Assembly (NCBI GenBank): GCA_045640165.1
Contig: JAZUEK010000037.1
Coordinates: 833 to 64,832, forward strand
Origin: Acutalibacteraceae bacterium
Lineage (GTDB): Bacteria; Bacillota; Clostridia; Oscillospirales; Acutalibacteraceae
Reading direction: 5' to 3'
DNA: 64,000 nt
Below, piece after piece: positions 9,159 to 19,124 of the stretch. Below the pieces are notes generated by a model. The model did no database searches. It saw only the letters and a list, made by a program, of their open reading frames with translations, and was not told the DNA's origin. The stretch's first letter is position 1; each line of letters opens with the position of its first letter. The position numbers and the translations under genes were made by a program.

Positions 9159-9246
9159 CCCCTTTTTTGAAAAAATATGCAGAAAATATTTATAATTATG
9201 CTTAATTTTGCGATTTTTCGGGATAAATACTCTTTTTTCCTTTTTA

Positions 9247-9275
9247 TTGACACGAGCGGTGCGGCGTGATACAAT
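9247..9275 (+). promoter_or_regulatory. Sigma-A promoter of glyQS
   Basis: TTGACA at 9247-9252, a 17-nt spacer, then TGaTACAAT (extended -10) ending at 9275. The leader is only about 35 nt, so no T-box can fit. Confidence 0.6.
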
Positions 9276-9312
9276 AAAGGATGTATGAAAAAACATTCTC
9301 AGGAGGCTCTTT

Positions 9313-10587
9313 ATGAAAAACACAGACAAGACAATGGACAAGTTGGTCGCCCTTTGCAAAGGCCGCGGATTTGTCTATGCAGGAAGCGAAATCTACGGCG
9401 GACTTGCCAACACCTGGGACTACGGTCCTCTCGGTGTGGAACTCAAAAACAACATCAAACAGGCGTGGTGGAAGAAATTCGTGAAAGAATCCCCCTACAA
9501 CGTCGGTCTTGATGCCGCCATCTTGATGAACCCCCAAACGTGGGTGGCTTCCGGTCACCTCGGCGGCTTCTCCGATCCGCTGATGGACTGCCGCGAATGC
9601 AAAGAGCGTTTCCGCGCGGATAAAATTATCGAAGACTATTGCGCCGAAAACGGTGTGGAACTGGAAAAGCCTATCGACGCGTTCTCGCAGGAAGAAATGA
9701 AAGCCTTCATCGAAGAGAAAAACATCCCCTGCCCGAGCTGCGGCAAACATAACTTCACCGATATCCGTCAGTTCAACCTGATGTTCAAAACGTTCCAAGG
9801 CGTGACCGAGGACGCGAAAAACACCGTGTATCTGCGTCCGGAAACCGCGCAGGGCATCTTTGTCAACTTCGCGAACGTCCAGAGAACGTCGCGCAAAAAA
9901 GTGCCGTTCGGCATCGGTCAAATCGGTAAATCGTTCCGCAACGAAATCACGCCGGGTAACTTTATTTTCCGCGTGCGCGAGTTCGAGCAGATGGAACTCG
10001 AATTTTTCTGCAAACCGGGCACCGACCTCGAATGGTTCAGCTACTGGCGCGGCTTCTGCCGTGATTGGCTGTTGTCGCTCGGCATCAAAGAAGAAAATCT
10101 CCGTCTGCGCGACCACGATCCGGAAGAACTCTGCTTCTACTCCAAAGCGACCACCGACTTCGAATTCTTGTTCCCGTTCGGTTGGGGCGAGCTGTGGGGC
10201 GTGGCCGACCGCACCGATTACGACTTGACCCAACACCAAAACACCTCCGGCAAAGACCTCACCTACTTCGACCAAGAAACGAACGAGCACTATATCCCCT
10301 ACGTCATCGAGCCGGCGCTCGGTGTGGAACGCTCGTTCTTAGCTTTCCTTTGTGATGCGTATGACGAAGAGGTCGTGGACGCCGAAAAGAACGACACCCG
10401 TGTGGTGCTTCGCCTGCATCCGGCGCTCGCGCCGTTCAAAGCCGCGGTGTTGCCGCTTTCGAAGAAACTGTCGGAAGAAGCGCGTAAAGTGTTCGACACT
10501 CTCGCGCCCGACTTTATGGTGGACTTCGACGATGCCGGCTCGATCGGCAAACGCTATCGCCGTCAGGACGAAATCGGCACGCCGTAA
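9313..10587 (+). CDS. glyQS: Glycine--tRNA ligase (alpha2-type GlyQS), reading frame closed by an in-frame TAA 43 codons before the family-typical end
   Basis: 424 aa. Class-II aaRS motifs and the GlyQS N-terminus are present ([28 protein letters not shown]). It ends ...[14 protein letters not shown], where homologues continue with an aromatic residue followed by C(V/I)T.DFD. Confidence 0.9.
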   Translation: MKNTDKTMDKLVALCKGRGFVYAGSEIYGGLANTWDYGPLGVELKNNIKQAWWKKFVKESPYNVGLDAAILMNPQTWVASGHLGGFSDPLMDCRECKERFRADKIIEDYCAENGVELEKPIDAFSQEEMKAFIEEKNIPCPSCGKHNFTDIRQFNLMFKTFQGVTEDAKNTVYLRPETAQGIFVNFANVQRTSRKKVPFGIGQIGKSFRNEITPGNFIFRVREFEQMELEFFCKPGTDLEWFSYWRGFCRDWLLSLGIKEENLRLRDHDPEELCFYSKATTDFEFLFPFGWGELWGVADRTDYDLTQHQNTSGKDLTYFDQETNEHYIPYVIEPALGVERSFLAFLCDAYDEEVVDAEKNDTRVVLRLHPALAPFKAAVLPLSKKLSEEARKVFDTLAPDFMVDFDDAGSIGKRYRRQDEIGTP

Positions 10588-10716
10588 TGCGTGGCGTTCG
10601 ACTTCGACAGCCTCGAAGACAACTGCGTGACCGTGCGCGAGCGCGACAGCATGGAGCAGGTGCGCTTGCCGATTGCCGAACTGTCTGCGTTCCTCGCCGA
10701 AAAAATCCGCTACTAA
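10588..10716 (+). other. In-frame continuation of glyQS after the internal TAA (end of the anticodon-binding domain)
   Basis: Same frame, own translation: [45 protein letters not shown]. This is the conserved GlyQS C-terminus. Confidence 0.8.
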
Positions 10717-10746
10717 TTGAATACGAACGAAACGGAGGAATTGAAT

Positions 10747-12600
10747 ATGACATTCCGCAAAGACACCGTTTCTGCCGAAATCCTCGCCCTTCTGCCGCGC
10801 ATCGGGTTTGATGCCGCGCAGGAGGGCGTTGCCCTTTGTCCCGTTTTGGATGAGACGATAAAAGGCTTTTCGGTAGAAAAAACCACCGACACGCTTTCTG
10901 TGCGCTACGAAAAACTCCCCTATCTCACCCGTGCCCTTGCGCTTTGCGCCGAGCAAACGGACGATACCTACGCCTTTTCCCAAACCGCGTGTTTCCGTCA
11001 CGACGGTGCGATGATTGACTGCTCGCGCAACGCCGTGCCGACGGTGGAAACGCTCAAAGACTACCTTTGCCAAATGGCGCTGATGGGGCTCGACACGCTG
11101 ATGCTCTATACCGAGGACACCTACGAAATCGAGGGCGAGCCGTATTTCGGGTTTCAGCGCGGCCGTTTCTCCCTCACCGAGCTGCGCGAAATCGACGATT
11201 TCGCCGCGTCCTACGGCATTGAGGTCGTGCCATGTATGCAAACGCTCGCCCACCTAAACGCGATTTTCCGCCATCGTCCCTCCTACGAATGCGTCCACGA
11301 TATCGACGATATTCTGCTGGTGGACGAGCCGAAGACCTACGAACTCATCGACAAAATGATTGCCACCTGCCGCAAAGCGTTCCGCAGCAACCGCATTCAT
11401 ATCGGTATGGACGAAGCGGAGCATTTAGGTCGCGGCCGCTTCCTTGACCGCAACGGCCCGCAGGAAACGCGCGAGATTTTACAGCGCCACCTCGAAAAAG
11501 TGTGCACTATTTGCGAAAAATACGATTTCGCGCCGATGATGTGGAGCGATATGTTCTTCAAACTCGCCAAAGCGGACACCGGCAACCAGTATTACCGCTC
11601 CGAACTGTCGCAGGAACTGATTGACAGCGTGCCTGCCGGCGTATCGCTCGTCTATTGGGATTACGTCACGCTCGACGCCGACGTGTACCGCGAAAACCTC
11701 GCGCGCCACGCGCTGTTTAAGAATAACGACACCGTGTTTGCCGGCGGTGCGTGGAAATGGGTCGGCTATTCGCCGCGCTCGCTGTATAGCCTCGAAACCT
11801 CTCGCTTAGCCCTTGCGCAGTGCCGCAAAGCCGGCGTTAAAGACGTGTTTGTCACGCTGTGGGGCGACAACGGAGCGGAAGCATCGCTGTATGCCGTGCA
11901 TCCGGCGTTACAACTGTTCGCTGAGATGAATTTTCACGAAAGTGTGGACGACGACCTGCTCGCGCGCCGCTTCAAAACCTGCACCGACGGCGTTTTCGAA
12001 GACTTTATGCTCGCGGATGCCCTTGACACGCCACCCGGCGGCTCGGATATGAAACTTGTGCAGCCGTCGCGCTATCTCCTCTATCAGGACAACCTTTTAG
12101 GGCTCTTCGACTTCCACGTCGGCGAGGGCTATAACGAGCATTATAAAGCGCTCGTTGAAAAATTCCGTGCCGCTGCCGCGCGCAATCCGCGCTATGCCAA
12201 AACGTTTACCACCTGGGCGGCGCTTTCGCAGGTACTGTCGAACAAAGCGGAAGTCGGAAAGCAGCTTTTCGCCGCCTATCACGCAGACGATAAAGCGGAG
12301 CTCAAACGCCTTGCCGACGTCGTGCTTCCCCAAATTGCCGACGACGTAGAGGCACTTCGCGCGGCGGAAGAAGCCCAATGGATGAGCGAGAGCAAACCGT
12401 TCGGCTTCGAAATTTTGGATATCCGACTCGCCGGCACCGCCGCACGCGCCCGTACCGCCGCGCGGCGCGTTCTCGCTTACGTAAACGGCGAAGTGGACGC
12501 CATTCCCGAACTCGAAGCGGAGCGGCTTCGTATGCACCCGACCGAAACCGACCTTTACTGGATGTATTGGCAGACGATGATTTCTGCCTGCCCGATTTGA
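10747..12600 (+). CDS. Glycoside hydrolase family 20 beta-N-acetylhexosaminidase-like protein
   Basis: 617 aa. GH20 catalytic-barrel features are present (MIDCSRNAV, HIGMDEA, VYWDY). The ATG at 10747 has a GGAGG RBS 8 nt upstream. The track start at 10717 abuts the glyQS stop. Confidence 0.75.
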   Translation: MTFRKDTVSAEILALLPRIGFDAAQEGVALCPVLDETIKGFSVEKTTDTLSVRYEKLPYLTRALALCAEQTDDTYAFSQTACFRHDGAMIDCSRNAVPTVETLKDYLCQMALMGLDTLMLYTEDTYEIEGEPYFGFQRGRFSLTELREIDDFAASYGIEVVPCMQTLAHLNAIFRHRPSYECVHDIDDILLVDEPKTYELIDKMIATCRKAFRSNRIHIGMDEAEHLGRGRFLDRNGPQETREILQRHLEKVCTICEKYDFAPMMWSDMFFKLAKADTGNQYYRSELSQELIDSVPAGVSLVYWDYVTLDADVYRENLARHALFKNNDTVFAGGAWKWVGYSPRSLYSLETSRLALAQCRKAGVKDVFVTLWGDNGAEASLYAVHPALQLFAEMNFHESVDDDLLARRFKTCTDGVFEDFMLADALDTPPGGSDMKLVQPSRYLLYQDNLLGLFDFHVGEGYNEHYKALVEKFRAAAARNPRYAKTFTTWAALSQVLSNKAEVGKQLFAAYHADDKAELKRLADVVLPQIADDVEALRAAEEAQWMSESKPFGFEILDIRLAGTAARARTAARRVLAYVNGEVDAIPELEAERLRMHPTETDLYWMYWQTMISACPI

Positions 12601-12614
12601 TGTTGCAAAACAAA

Positions 12615-12655
12615 AACCCCGCCGAATGGAATTCTCCATTCGGCGGTGTTTTTCA
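12615..12655. terminator. Bidirectional rho-independent terminator
   Basis: CCCCGCCGAATGGaattcTCCATTCGGCGGTG with T-runs on both strands, between convergent genes. Confidence 0.6.
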
Positions 12656-12674
12656 ATTTCAAAAAAGATAGGGT

Positions 12675-13085
12675 TTACGCGAGTAGGCGCGCCAGTTTTC
12701 GAGTGGCAAAAAAGCAAGCGATGCCATAATAGAGCAGTCCGATAATCGCAAGCAGGCCACAGCCGAAAAGCACGCCGACAAACACAAGAATATCTTGAGT
12801 GAAAATTCCCATAAAGACGGATACCAGTAAGCAGAGAATCCCAAAAACGACGTTTGCGATTTTATCACGTTTGGTAAGTTCCAAAGAAACGTCGACGGTT
12901 GCTTTGCCGTCTTGTTCACGAATACACCCTTTCATCACGGGATGAAGCACCAGCGTATGAAACGCCAAATTTTCTCTTAACTCAAATTCTTCGTCGTGAA
13001 CAGCGCAAGTAAATTGGGTGGAATCGGACAACCGTCCTTTGACTGCCAAAGAAGAAATATCTGTTGATAATCTTTTAGAGAACAT
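12675..13085 (-). CDS. Hypothetical small membrane protein
   Basis: 136 aa. The C-terminal half has two hydrophobic helices (VVFGILCLLVSVFMGIF, VFVGVLFGCGLLAIIGLLYYGIACFF). It is the last gene of a minus-strand run. No family was recognised. Confidence 0.5.
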   Translation of the reverse strand: MFSKRLSTDISSLAVKGRLSDSTQFTCAVHDEEFELRENLAFHTLVLHPVMKGCIREQDGKATVDVSLELTKRDKIANVVFGILCLLVSVFMGIFTQDILVFVGVLFGCGLLAIIGLLYYGIACFFATRKLARLLA

Positions 13086-13114
13086 TCAACCACACCCTCT
13101 CGATGTTGCGTGGT

Positions 13115-14161
13115 TTACGGTTTCACGTATTTGACGTTGTAACTGTGAAGCGGCGTGGGTTCTTCCTCGTTAAGCGCCGTAACGTCGTAGGCGTCAATGG
13201 AAAACTCCACCGTTTCAATTGTAGTGACGCCGGCGGCGGCGATTTCGTCCGCATCCAAAATCAGTCCGTTTTCCATACTTGTATGCGGAAGCATCATGCC
13301 AATCCACAACGCCGACACCTCTTGGCCGTTGACCTTGGCGCTCTCACAAATATACACCAACGGCTCGTCCGTACGATTTTCCATATAGGTGTTGAGGGTC
13401 GTAAACCAGCCGAAATCGTCCGTCTCCAAGCCGGTGGAAATCGCCAAAATCTCGCTGTTGTTTACAAGCACACAGCCGTCTTTCGGCGCGCGGTCTTTTT
13501 TCACGTAGGTGGTCTCGTCGCCAACAATATAGAACTCCGGCGTTGCTTCGCCGGCATCCAGGAATTCTCCGGTTTCGAGATCCGTCGCCACGACCCACAG
13601 ACCGATCTTCTCAATCTGCTCCGTAAAATCCTCGTCAATACCGAAGATTACGGTATCTACCGCGCTTTTGCCCGGCTCCAATTCCACCGACCACAGCGGA
13701 AGAAAAGAGCAGTCGTTAAATGCCGCGGCAAGCAGCGTCACCTCGACCGTGCGGTCGGTGGTCAGATTCTCCGCTCCCAACGAGATTTCAAAACCGTATT
13801 CTCCGTCGGGATTGACGCTATACAGCGTCACCGCCGCGTCCTCTCCTGCGCAAATCGGCAGGTCAAGCGGCTTCGCAAACTCGCCGAACGTCACGTCAAA
13901 ACCGGCCATATATTTGCGAAGAAGCAACACGTCTTTCGTGTTGACGGCATTGTCGCCGTTGGCGTCCGCATACAGCGTCTGAATATCCACGTATATGTCA
14001 GCAAGATAGGAACGCAGCGTCAGCACGTCTTTCATATTGACCGTACCGTCGGCGTTGGCGTCACCAAATGCCGGTCGCGGCGCCGCCACCGCAGAAATCG
14101 CGCCGGTCGCACACAGCGCCACGCACAAAAGCGCGCATACAAGTCGTTTCAGATGTTTCAT
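13115..14161 (-). CDS. Secreted protein with N-terminal type-I dockerin and an uncharacterised C-terminal domain
   Basis: Start at MKHLKRL, with an ATGA overlap with the upstream stop. It has a signal peptide and two Ca-binding dockerin repeats (GDANADGTVNMKDVLTLRSYL and ADANGDNAVNTKDVLLLRKYM). The remaining ~250 aa are unassigned. Confidence 0.8.
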   Translation of the reverse strand: MKHLKRLVCALLCVALCATGAISAVAAPRPAFGDANADGTVNMKDVLTLRSYLADIYVDIQTLYADANGDNAVNTKDVLLLRKYMAGFDVTFGEFAKPLDLPICAGEDAAVTLYSVNPDGEYGFEISLGAENLTTDRTVEVTLLAAAFNDCSFLPLWSVELEPGKSAVDTVIFGIDEDFTEQIEKIGLWVVATDLETGEFLDAGEATPEFYIVGDETTYVKKDRAPKDGCVLVNNSEILAISTGLETDDFGWFTTLNTYMENRTDEPLVYICESAKVNGQEVSALWIGMMLPHTSMENGLILDADEIAAAGVTTIETVEFSIDAYDVTALNEEEPTPLHSYNVKYVKP

Positions 14162-14694
14162 TCGTCCTCTTCTCCCTTTTCGGTAATATAGCTCCACAGC
14201 GCGTCATAGGTTCCTTTTGCCGCCTGCGCCATCGACAGCGCCAAATCGTTCGGCGACGCGGACGCAATGATGCGGTCTTGGTTGGAGATCGTGACCGTGC
14301 CGTAATAGGCGGTAGCGTTCTCCAAAGAACGACCGCCATAGAAATCCAACGTCAGCATTTGTGCATACGTTCCGGTCGGCTGGTCGGCAGTATCCACCGT
14401 TTTCCACCCCGTCCGATTCATCAGGTTATACAGATCCACCGCTTCCTGCCCTTTGAAAGTGTAGGTCGCGGTCACCGTTTCGGTCTCGGCGACACTTTCC
14501 GCGCCGGTGGCAGTGGGCTCTTTCGCCTTTTCTACCGTCACGAAGCACGACACATCGCCGTTTTTGAATTCATCCAACGTATGAATCGGCGCATTAATAT
14601 CCACCGACACGTCGTTGCCTCTTGCGCCGTCACAGCCGCAAAAAAGCGCCGCGCAAAGCAGCAGGCAAACGCCTAAAGCTAAAATCCGTTTCAT
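14158..14694 (-). CDS. Putative lipoprotein, function unknown
   Basis: 178 aa. The signal peptide ends in a lipobox-like LFCGC. It is translationally coupled to the dockerin protein. Confidence 0.65.
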   Translation of the reverse strand: MKRILALGVCLLLCAALFCGCDGARGNDVSVDINAPIHTLDEFKNGDVSCFVTVEKAKEPTATGAESVAETETVTATYTFKGQEAVDLYNLMNRTGWKTVDTADQPTGTYAQMLTLDFYGGRSLENATAYYGTVTISNQDRIIASASPNDLALSMAQAAKGTYDALWSYITEKGEEDE

Positions 14695-14705
14695 CGCGTT
14701 TCTCC

Positions 14706-15188
14706 TTAGTACCCGAGCACGCCGTCAAGCGACTCATCGTTTTCAATCCAGTCCAGCACGTCGTAGGTCGTGTACTCGTCCGCAGTAGTGCGCACAATGA
14801 CCTTGGAAATGCCGGCGTTGATGACCATCCGTTTGCACATCGAGCAGCAGCAAGCATTCTCAACGAGCGAACCGTCCGCCTCTTCGCCGCAAAGGAACAA
14901 GGTCGCGCCGAGCATTTTGTCGCGCGGCGCACTGATAATGGCGTTGGCCTCGGCGTGAACGCTGCGGCACAATTCGTACCGCTCGCCACGCGGAATTTTG
15001 AGCTCCGAGCGAATGCACCGGCCGAGATCGGTACAGTTTTTGCGGCCACGGGGCGCACCCACGTAACCGGTAGACACGATTTCATCGTGGTTAACGATGA
15101 CCGCGCCGTAAGAACGGCGCAGGCAAGTGCCGCGATGGCTCACCGTTTGGGCAATATCGAGATAATAGTTAATTTTGTCGCGTCGCAT
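14706..15188 (-). CDS. Deoxycytidylate (dCMP) deaminase, ComEB-like
   Basis: 160 aa. Shows a cytidine/deoxycytidylate deaminase zinc site (HAEANAI ... CCSMCKRMVINAGI). Confidence 0.85.
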   Translation of the reverse strand: MRRDKINYYLDIAQTVSHRGTCLRRSYGAVIVNHDEIVSTGYVGAPRGRKNCTDLGRCIRSELKIPRGERYELCRSVHAEANAIISAPRDKMLGATLFLCGEEADGSLVENACCCSMCKRMVINAGISKVIVRTTADEYTTYDVLDWIENDESLDGVLGY

Positions 15189-15206
15189 AGGTTTTTCCTC
15201 CTCTAT

Positions 15207-15800
15207 TCAGCGCTCACCCTCCAAGAAGAACGAGCGATTTTGCCAAAAATACACGCCGCCGGAAATCGCGGTCAAGGCGGTAGCAATCCAAATGAAGATT
15301 TGACCGACCAAAAGCGGAATCGAGAACACCGCATCCGGCAAAGCGACGGCGGCAAGCACCGTGTCTTTCCAGGTGCAGAATTCGAGCACCGCTAACATAT
15401 AGCCGATGGTGATATACTGCGCCACCGTTTTGAATTTGCCCCAATAGTTGGCGGCGACCACTTTGCCGCCCTCGGCGGCGACCAGCCGCACCGACGTCAC
15501 GACAAACTCGCGTACGAGAATAATCATCAACGCCCAAAGGCTCATTTTGTCGATGGCGAGAAAACCCACGAACGCCGCCGTCGTCAGCATTTTGTCGGCA
15601 ATCGGGTCCATAAACTTGCCGAGATTGGTCACAAGACCGCGCGCACGGGCGATTTTTCCGTCCAGCATATCCGTAAAGGACGCCACGCCGAACACCAGTC
15701 CGGCCGCAAGATAGTGGAACGGGAACTCCCACACAAAAAGCAGCAAAAACAGCGGTACAAGCACAATGCGCGAAAGCGTCAGTTTATTCGGTAAATTCAT
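15207..15800 (-). CDS. pgsA: CDP-diacylglycerol--glycerol-3-phosphate 3-phosphatidyltransferase
   Basis: CDP-alcohol phosphatidyltransferase motif (DMLDGKIAR...G...DPIADK). The start MNLPNKLTLSR at 15800 overlaps the rimO stop (ATGA). Confidence 0.9.
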   Translation of the reverse strand: MNLPNKLTLSRIVLVPLFLLLFVWEFPFHYLAAGLVFGVASFTDMLDGKIARARGLVTNLGKFMDPIADKMLTTAAFVGFLAIDKMSLWALMIILVREFVVTSVRLVAAEGGKVVAANYWGKFKTVAQYITIGYMLAVLEFCTWKDTVLAAVALPDAVFSIPLLVGQIFIWIATALTAISGGVYFWQNRSFFLEGER

Positions 15801-17128
15801 TCTGCCACCGCCTCTCCGATTAAATCCCATTCGAGGGTATCCGTAATTTCCACCTGCACAAAGTCGCCGGGTTTCGGCGGATTCGTCACACTAAAGAACA
15901 CCTTGCCGTCAATATCCGGCGCGTCGGCGGCACTGCGGCCGAACCAACATTCCGCATAGCGATCGAAACTCTCGACGAGCACCGTCACCGTTTTGCCCAC
16001 CATCGTGGCGTTCTTTTTCTCTACAATACGCGCCTGCTGTTCCATCACAAGGTCGGCGCGATGCTGTTTCACATCTTCCGGCACTTGGTCGGGCATCGCG
16101 GCGGCTTTCGTCCCCTCTTCCGCCGAATAGGCGAAACAGCCGAGACGATCGAACTCCACGTCTTTTACAAATTCGCACAGTTCCTCAAAATCCGCCTCCG
16201 TCTCACCGGGGAATCCGGTCATCACCGTGGTACGCAGGGTGATACCCGGCACTTTTTCGCGAATGTGCGTCATCAGCGCCGTCAACCACGCGCGATCGCC
16301 GCGGCGATTCATCCGCTCAAGCACCGCACCGGACGCATGCTGAATCGGAATATCCAAGTAATTCACAATTTTTTCTTCCGCCGCCATCACGTCGAGCAAC
16401 TCGTCCGTAATGTATTCGGGATAGCAGTAGAGCATCCGAATCCACGAAAGCCCGTCGATTTTGCAAAGTTCACGAAGCAGTTCCACAAGCATCGGCTTTC
16501 CGTAGAGGTCCACGCCGTACTGCGTCGTATCCTGCGCAACGAGGGTAATTTCTTTCACGCCGCCCTCCACGAGCCACTTGGCCTCGTCGACGAGCGTCTC
16601 TATCTTGCGGCTTTTGAGTCCGCCGCGAATGTGCGGAATAGCGCAATAAGTACAGCAGTTGTTGCAGCCGTCGCCGATACGCATAAAGGCGAAAAACTGC
16701 GGTGTCGTCTGCACGCGCGCGCCGTCAAGACTCCAGCACTTGCGAGACGGAAATTCGCAAACGTGCTCCCCGGCCATCACGCGGTTCACCACGTCCACAA
16801 TGTCCACGTTGGCACCGAGGCCAATCACCGCGTCGCATTCCGGCAACTCGTCCGCCACCTCTTGCTGATAGCGCTGTGCCATACAGCCGGTAACAATCAG
16901 GCGCTTAATGCGACCCTCTTGTTTCAGGGTTGCAAACTCCAAAATGGTTTCGATGGCTTCTTGCTTCGCGGCCTCAATAAAGCCGCAGGTATTCACAATA
17001 ACTACGTCCGCCAGCGCGGCATCCGCCTTGATCGGGATACCGGCGTCGCGAATTTTTCCGAGCATCAATTCGGCGTCCATCTGGTTTTTCGGGCAACCCA
17101 AAGACACCATTCCAACGGAAAAGGTCAA
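15797..17128 (-). CDS. rimO: Ribosomal protein S12 methylthiotransferase RimO
   Basis: 443 aa. Shows the VSLGCPKNQMDAE N-terminus, the radical-SAM CNNCCTYC motif, and a C-terminal TRAM domain. Confidence 0.85.
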   Translation of the reverse strand: MTFSVGMVSLGCPKNQMDAELMLGKIRDAGIPIKADAALADVVIVNTCGFIEAAKQEAIETILEFATLKQEGRIKRLIVTGCMAQRYQQEVADELPECDAVIGLGANVDIVDVVNRVMAGEHVCEFPSRKCWSLDGARVQTTPQFFAFMRIGDGCNNCCTYCAIPHIRGGLKSRKIETLVDEAKWLVEGGVKEITLVAQDTTQYGVDLYGKPMLVELLRELCKIDGLSWIRMLYCYPEYITDELLDVMAAEEKIVNYLDIPIQHASGAVLERMNRRGDRAWLTALMTHIREKVPGITLRTTVMTGFPGETEADFEELCEFVKDVEFDRLGCFAYSAEEGTKAAAMPDQVPEDVKQHRADLVMEQQARIVEKKNATMVGKTVTVLVESFDRYAECWFGRSAADAPDIDGKVFFSVTNPPKPGDFVQVEITDTLEWDLIGEAVAE

Positions 17129-17751
17129 AACGACTCCTCCAATTCTTCCATCTGCCGCAACGCGGCACGCGCCGTCTCATAATCAAAGCCGTAGCGAATA
17201 AGGGCATCGGTAATTTTACGGCGCTGAGGTTCTTCTTTTTGAGTATAACATTTTTTGTCTAAAAAAGCAAGAGCCGCTTGCAAATCGTCCGCACCGATTT
17301 TTTCCACCGCCGCGGCGGCAATCTCGCGGTCTACTCCTTTTTCGCGCAGTTTTTGCACAGCGCGGCGTTTCGGATAGTGGCGCACGAAGCAATACTCGCA
17401 CGCATACCGTTCGGCCAATTTTTCGTCGTCCACCAATCCGAGTTCTTCCATCCGCTCCGCCATTTCGGAGGCCGTGTCGCGGTCGGCGGCCTTACGCAGT
17501 TTTTCCGAAAGTTCTTTTTTTGTATAGTCGCGACGGGACAGCAAAAACAGCGCCCGTTCGCGCGCACGATTTTGTGCCGACAACGACAAAAGCGCCGACA
17601 GATTTTCCTCTGTCAGCGCGCTGTTTGCCCGAAACGGCGATTGCTCCCACGTACGGCGATCCATCTCAATTTCTCTCCCGTCCGAGAGGGTCAAGAGAAC
17701 GAGTTGTCCGCGACGCACGGCGACATTTTCCACCGTAAACGTATGTTCCAT
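17125..17751 (-). CDS. recX: Regulatory protein RecX
   Basis: 208 aa helical-repeat protein immediately downstream of recA. The FLLSRRDYTKKEL and KLREKGVDREI repeats are typical of RecX. Confidence 0.85.
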   Translation of the reverse strand: MEHTFTVENVAVRRGQLVLLTLSDGREIEMDRRTWEQSPFRANSALTEENLSALLSLSAQNRARERALFLLSRRDYTKKELSEKLRKAADRDTASEMAERMEELGLVDDEKLAERYACEYCFVRHYPKRRAVQKLREKGVDREIAAAAVEKIGADDLQAALAFLDKKCYTQKEEPQRRKITDALIRYGFDYETARAALRQMEELEESF

Positions 17752-17754
17752 TGG

Positions 17755-18915
17755 TTAGTCCTCGACGACAATGTCGATTTTGGCTTTTGCCTGCGCCGCG
17801 GTCACACGGGGTGCATCCGCAAGCGGAATTTCCATCGGCATCGGTGCGGGAGCAGGCGTTGCCGTAAACGGATCCTCCTCCTCTTTGGATTTCATCATCC
17901 ACGCACGCACAGCCGTCTCAATTTCCTCGGCAACCGCCGGGTTGTTTTTGAGATATTCTTTCGCGTTGTCGCGGCCTTGGCCGATGCGCTCCTCTTTATA
18001 AGAGAACCACGCACCGGATTTTTGAATGATATCCGCTTCCACCGCGAGATCCAGCACCTCGCTCAAATGCGAAATGCCCTCACCGTACATGATGTCAAAC
18101 TCCGCCTCTTTGAAGGGCGGCGCCACCTTGTTTTTGACCACACGCACACGGGTGTGCGAACCAATCGGCGAGCCGTTGGCCTTAAGAGTCTCGGTGCGGC
18201 GCACGTCAAGGCGCACCGACGCGTAATATTTCAGCGCGTTGCCGCCGGCAGTGACTTCGGGGTTGCCGTACACCACGCCCACTTTCATACGCAGTTGGTT
18301 GATAAAAATCGCCAAGCAGTTGGACTTAGACACCACGCCTGCCAGTTTGCGCATTGCCTGCGACATCAGGCGCGCTTGCAAACCGACGTGAGCGTCGCCC
18401 ATCTCGCCCTCGATTTCCGCACGAGGCACCAGCGCCGCCACCGAGTCGATAACCAAAATATCCACCGCGCCGGAGCGAATCAGCGCCTCGGCGATTTCGA
18501 GCGCCTGCTCACCGGTGTCCGGCTGAGAAACAAGCAACTCGTCCACATTGACGCCGAGCGCTTTCGCATACACGGGGTCAAGCGCGTGCTCCACGTCCAC
18601 GTAAGCGGCTTCGCCGCCCATTTTCTGCGCTTCTGCCACCGCGTGAAGCGCCAACGTCGTTTTACCCGACGCCTCCGGCCCGTAGATTTCAACAATACGG
18701 CCGCGCGGCAAACCGCCGATTCCGAGCGCGCGGTCCAACGTAACCGAGCCGGTGGGAATCGCATCTACTTGCATATTCATATTCTGGCCAAGGCGCATCA
18801 CCGCGCCCTTGCCGAAACTTTTTTCAATTTGAGCCAACGCCATTTCAAGCGCTTTCTGTTTATTTTCATTCTTTTCGATTCCGGCGGATTTCTCCGCGCC
18901 TTTTTTGGTAGCCAT
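17755..18915 (-). CDS. recA: Recombinase RecA
   Basis: Shows the Walker A motif GPEASGKTT and other canonical RecA sequence. The ATG at 18915 is preferred because GAGG lies 7 nt upstream. The track start at 18921 is only 1 nt from that RBS. Confidence 0.97.
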   Translation of the reverse strand: MATKKGAEKSAGIEKNENKQKALEMALAQIEKSFGKGAVMRLGQNMNMQVDAIPTGSVTLDRALGIGGLPRGRIVEIYGPEASGKTTLALHAVAEAQKMGGEAAYVDVEHALDPVYAKALGVNVDELLVSQPDTGEQALEIAEALIRSGAVDILVIDSVAALVPRAEIEGEMGDAHVGLQARLMSQAMRKLAGVVSKSNCLAIFINQLRMKVGVVYGNPEVTAGGNALKYYASVRLDVRRTETLKANGSPIGSHTRVRVVKNKVAPPFKEAEFDIMYGEGISHLSEVLDLAVEADIIQKSGAWFSYKEERIGQGRDNAKEYLKNNPAVAEEIETAVRAWMMKSKEEEDPFTATPAPAPMPMEIPLADAPRVTAAQAKAKIDIVVED

Positions 18916-18991
18916 ACACATACCTCGCTTTCAAAGTTCTCCTTCATTATACCAAACTTTTTCGGGAAATCAAGGGGTTTTGTGAAAAAAT

Positions 18992-19005
18992 CGAACATTT
19001 GTTCT
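18992..19005. promoter_or_regulatory. LexA operator (Cheo/SOS box) upstream of recA
   Basis: CGAACATTTGTTCT matches the Gram-positive consensus CGAAC-N4-GTTC. It lies about 75 nt upstream of the recA start. Confidence 0.7.
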
Positions 19006-19086
19006 ATTTTTGTCGAGATTGTCAAAATCTGCCGTTGTTTCTTGGTAGAAAAAACGAAAACAGACAACTCCTTTTACTTTCCTATT

Positions 19087-19124
19087 ATCTTTGGGGAATC
19101 CTAATATCTTCGGGGAATCCTAAC
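19087..19124. repeat. Tandem 19-bp direct repeat (2 copies plus a degenerate third)
   Basis: ATCTTTGGGGAATCCTAAT followed by ATCTTCGGGGAATCCTAAC (17 of 19 identical), followed by ACCTTTGGAGAAC. Confidence 0.6.

Noticed and set aside
9165-9245. AT-rich stretch between the divergent argG and glyQS promoters with two TATGC-containing segments about 21 bp apart, considered as ArgR/AhrC ARG boxes
   Set aside because: The match to the ARG-box palindrome is poor when aligned base by base. The segment also lies upstream of both -35 elements rather than over a promoter. It is more simply UP-element-like AT-rich DNA. It would need a proper matrix scan.
9107-9312. Expected glycine T-box leader upstream of glyQS
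   Set aside because: No GGGTGGTACCGCG-like T-box core or terminator is present. The distance from the -10 to the ATG is too short.
10717-10746. Track-predicted start of the GH20 gene immediately after the glyQS stop
   Set aside because: There is no RBS at that position. The ATG at 10747 has GGAGG 8 nt upstream and gives a sensible N-terminus.
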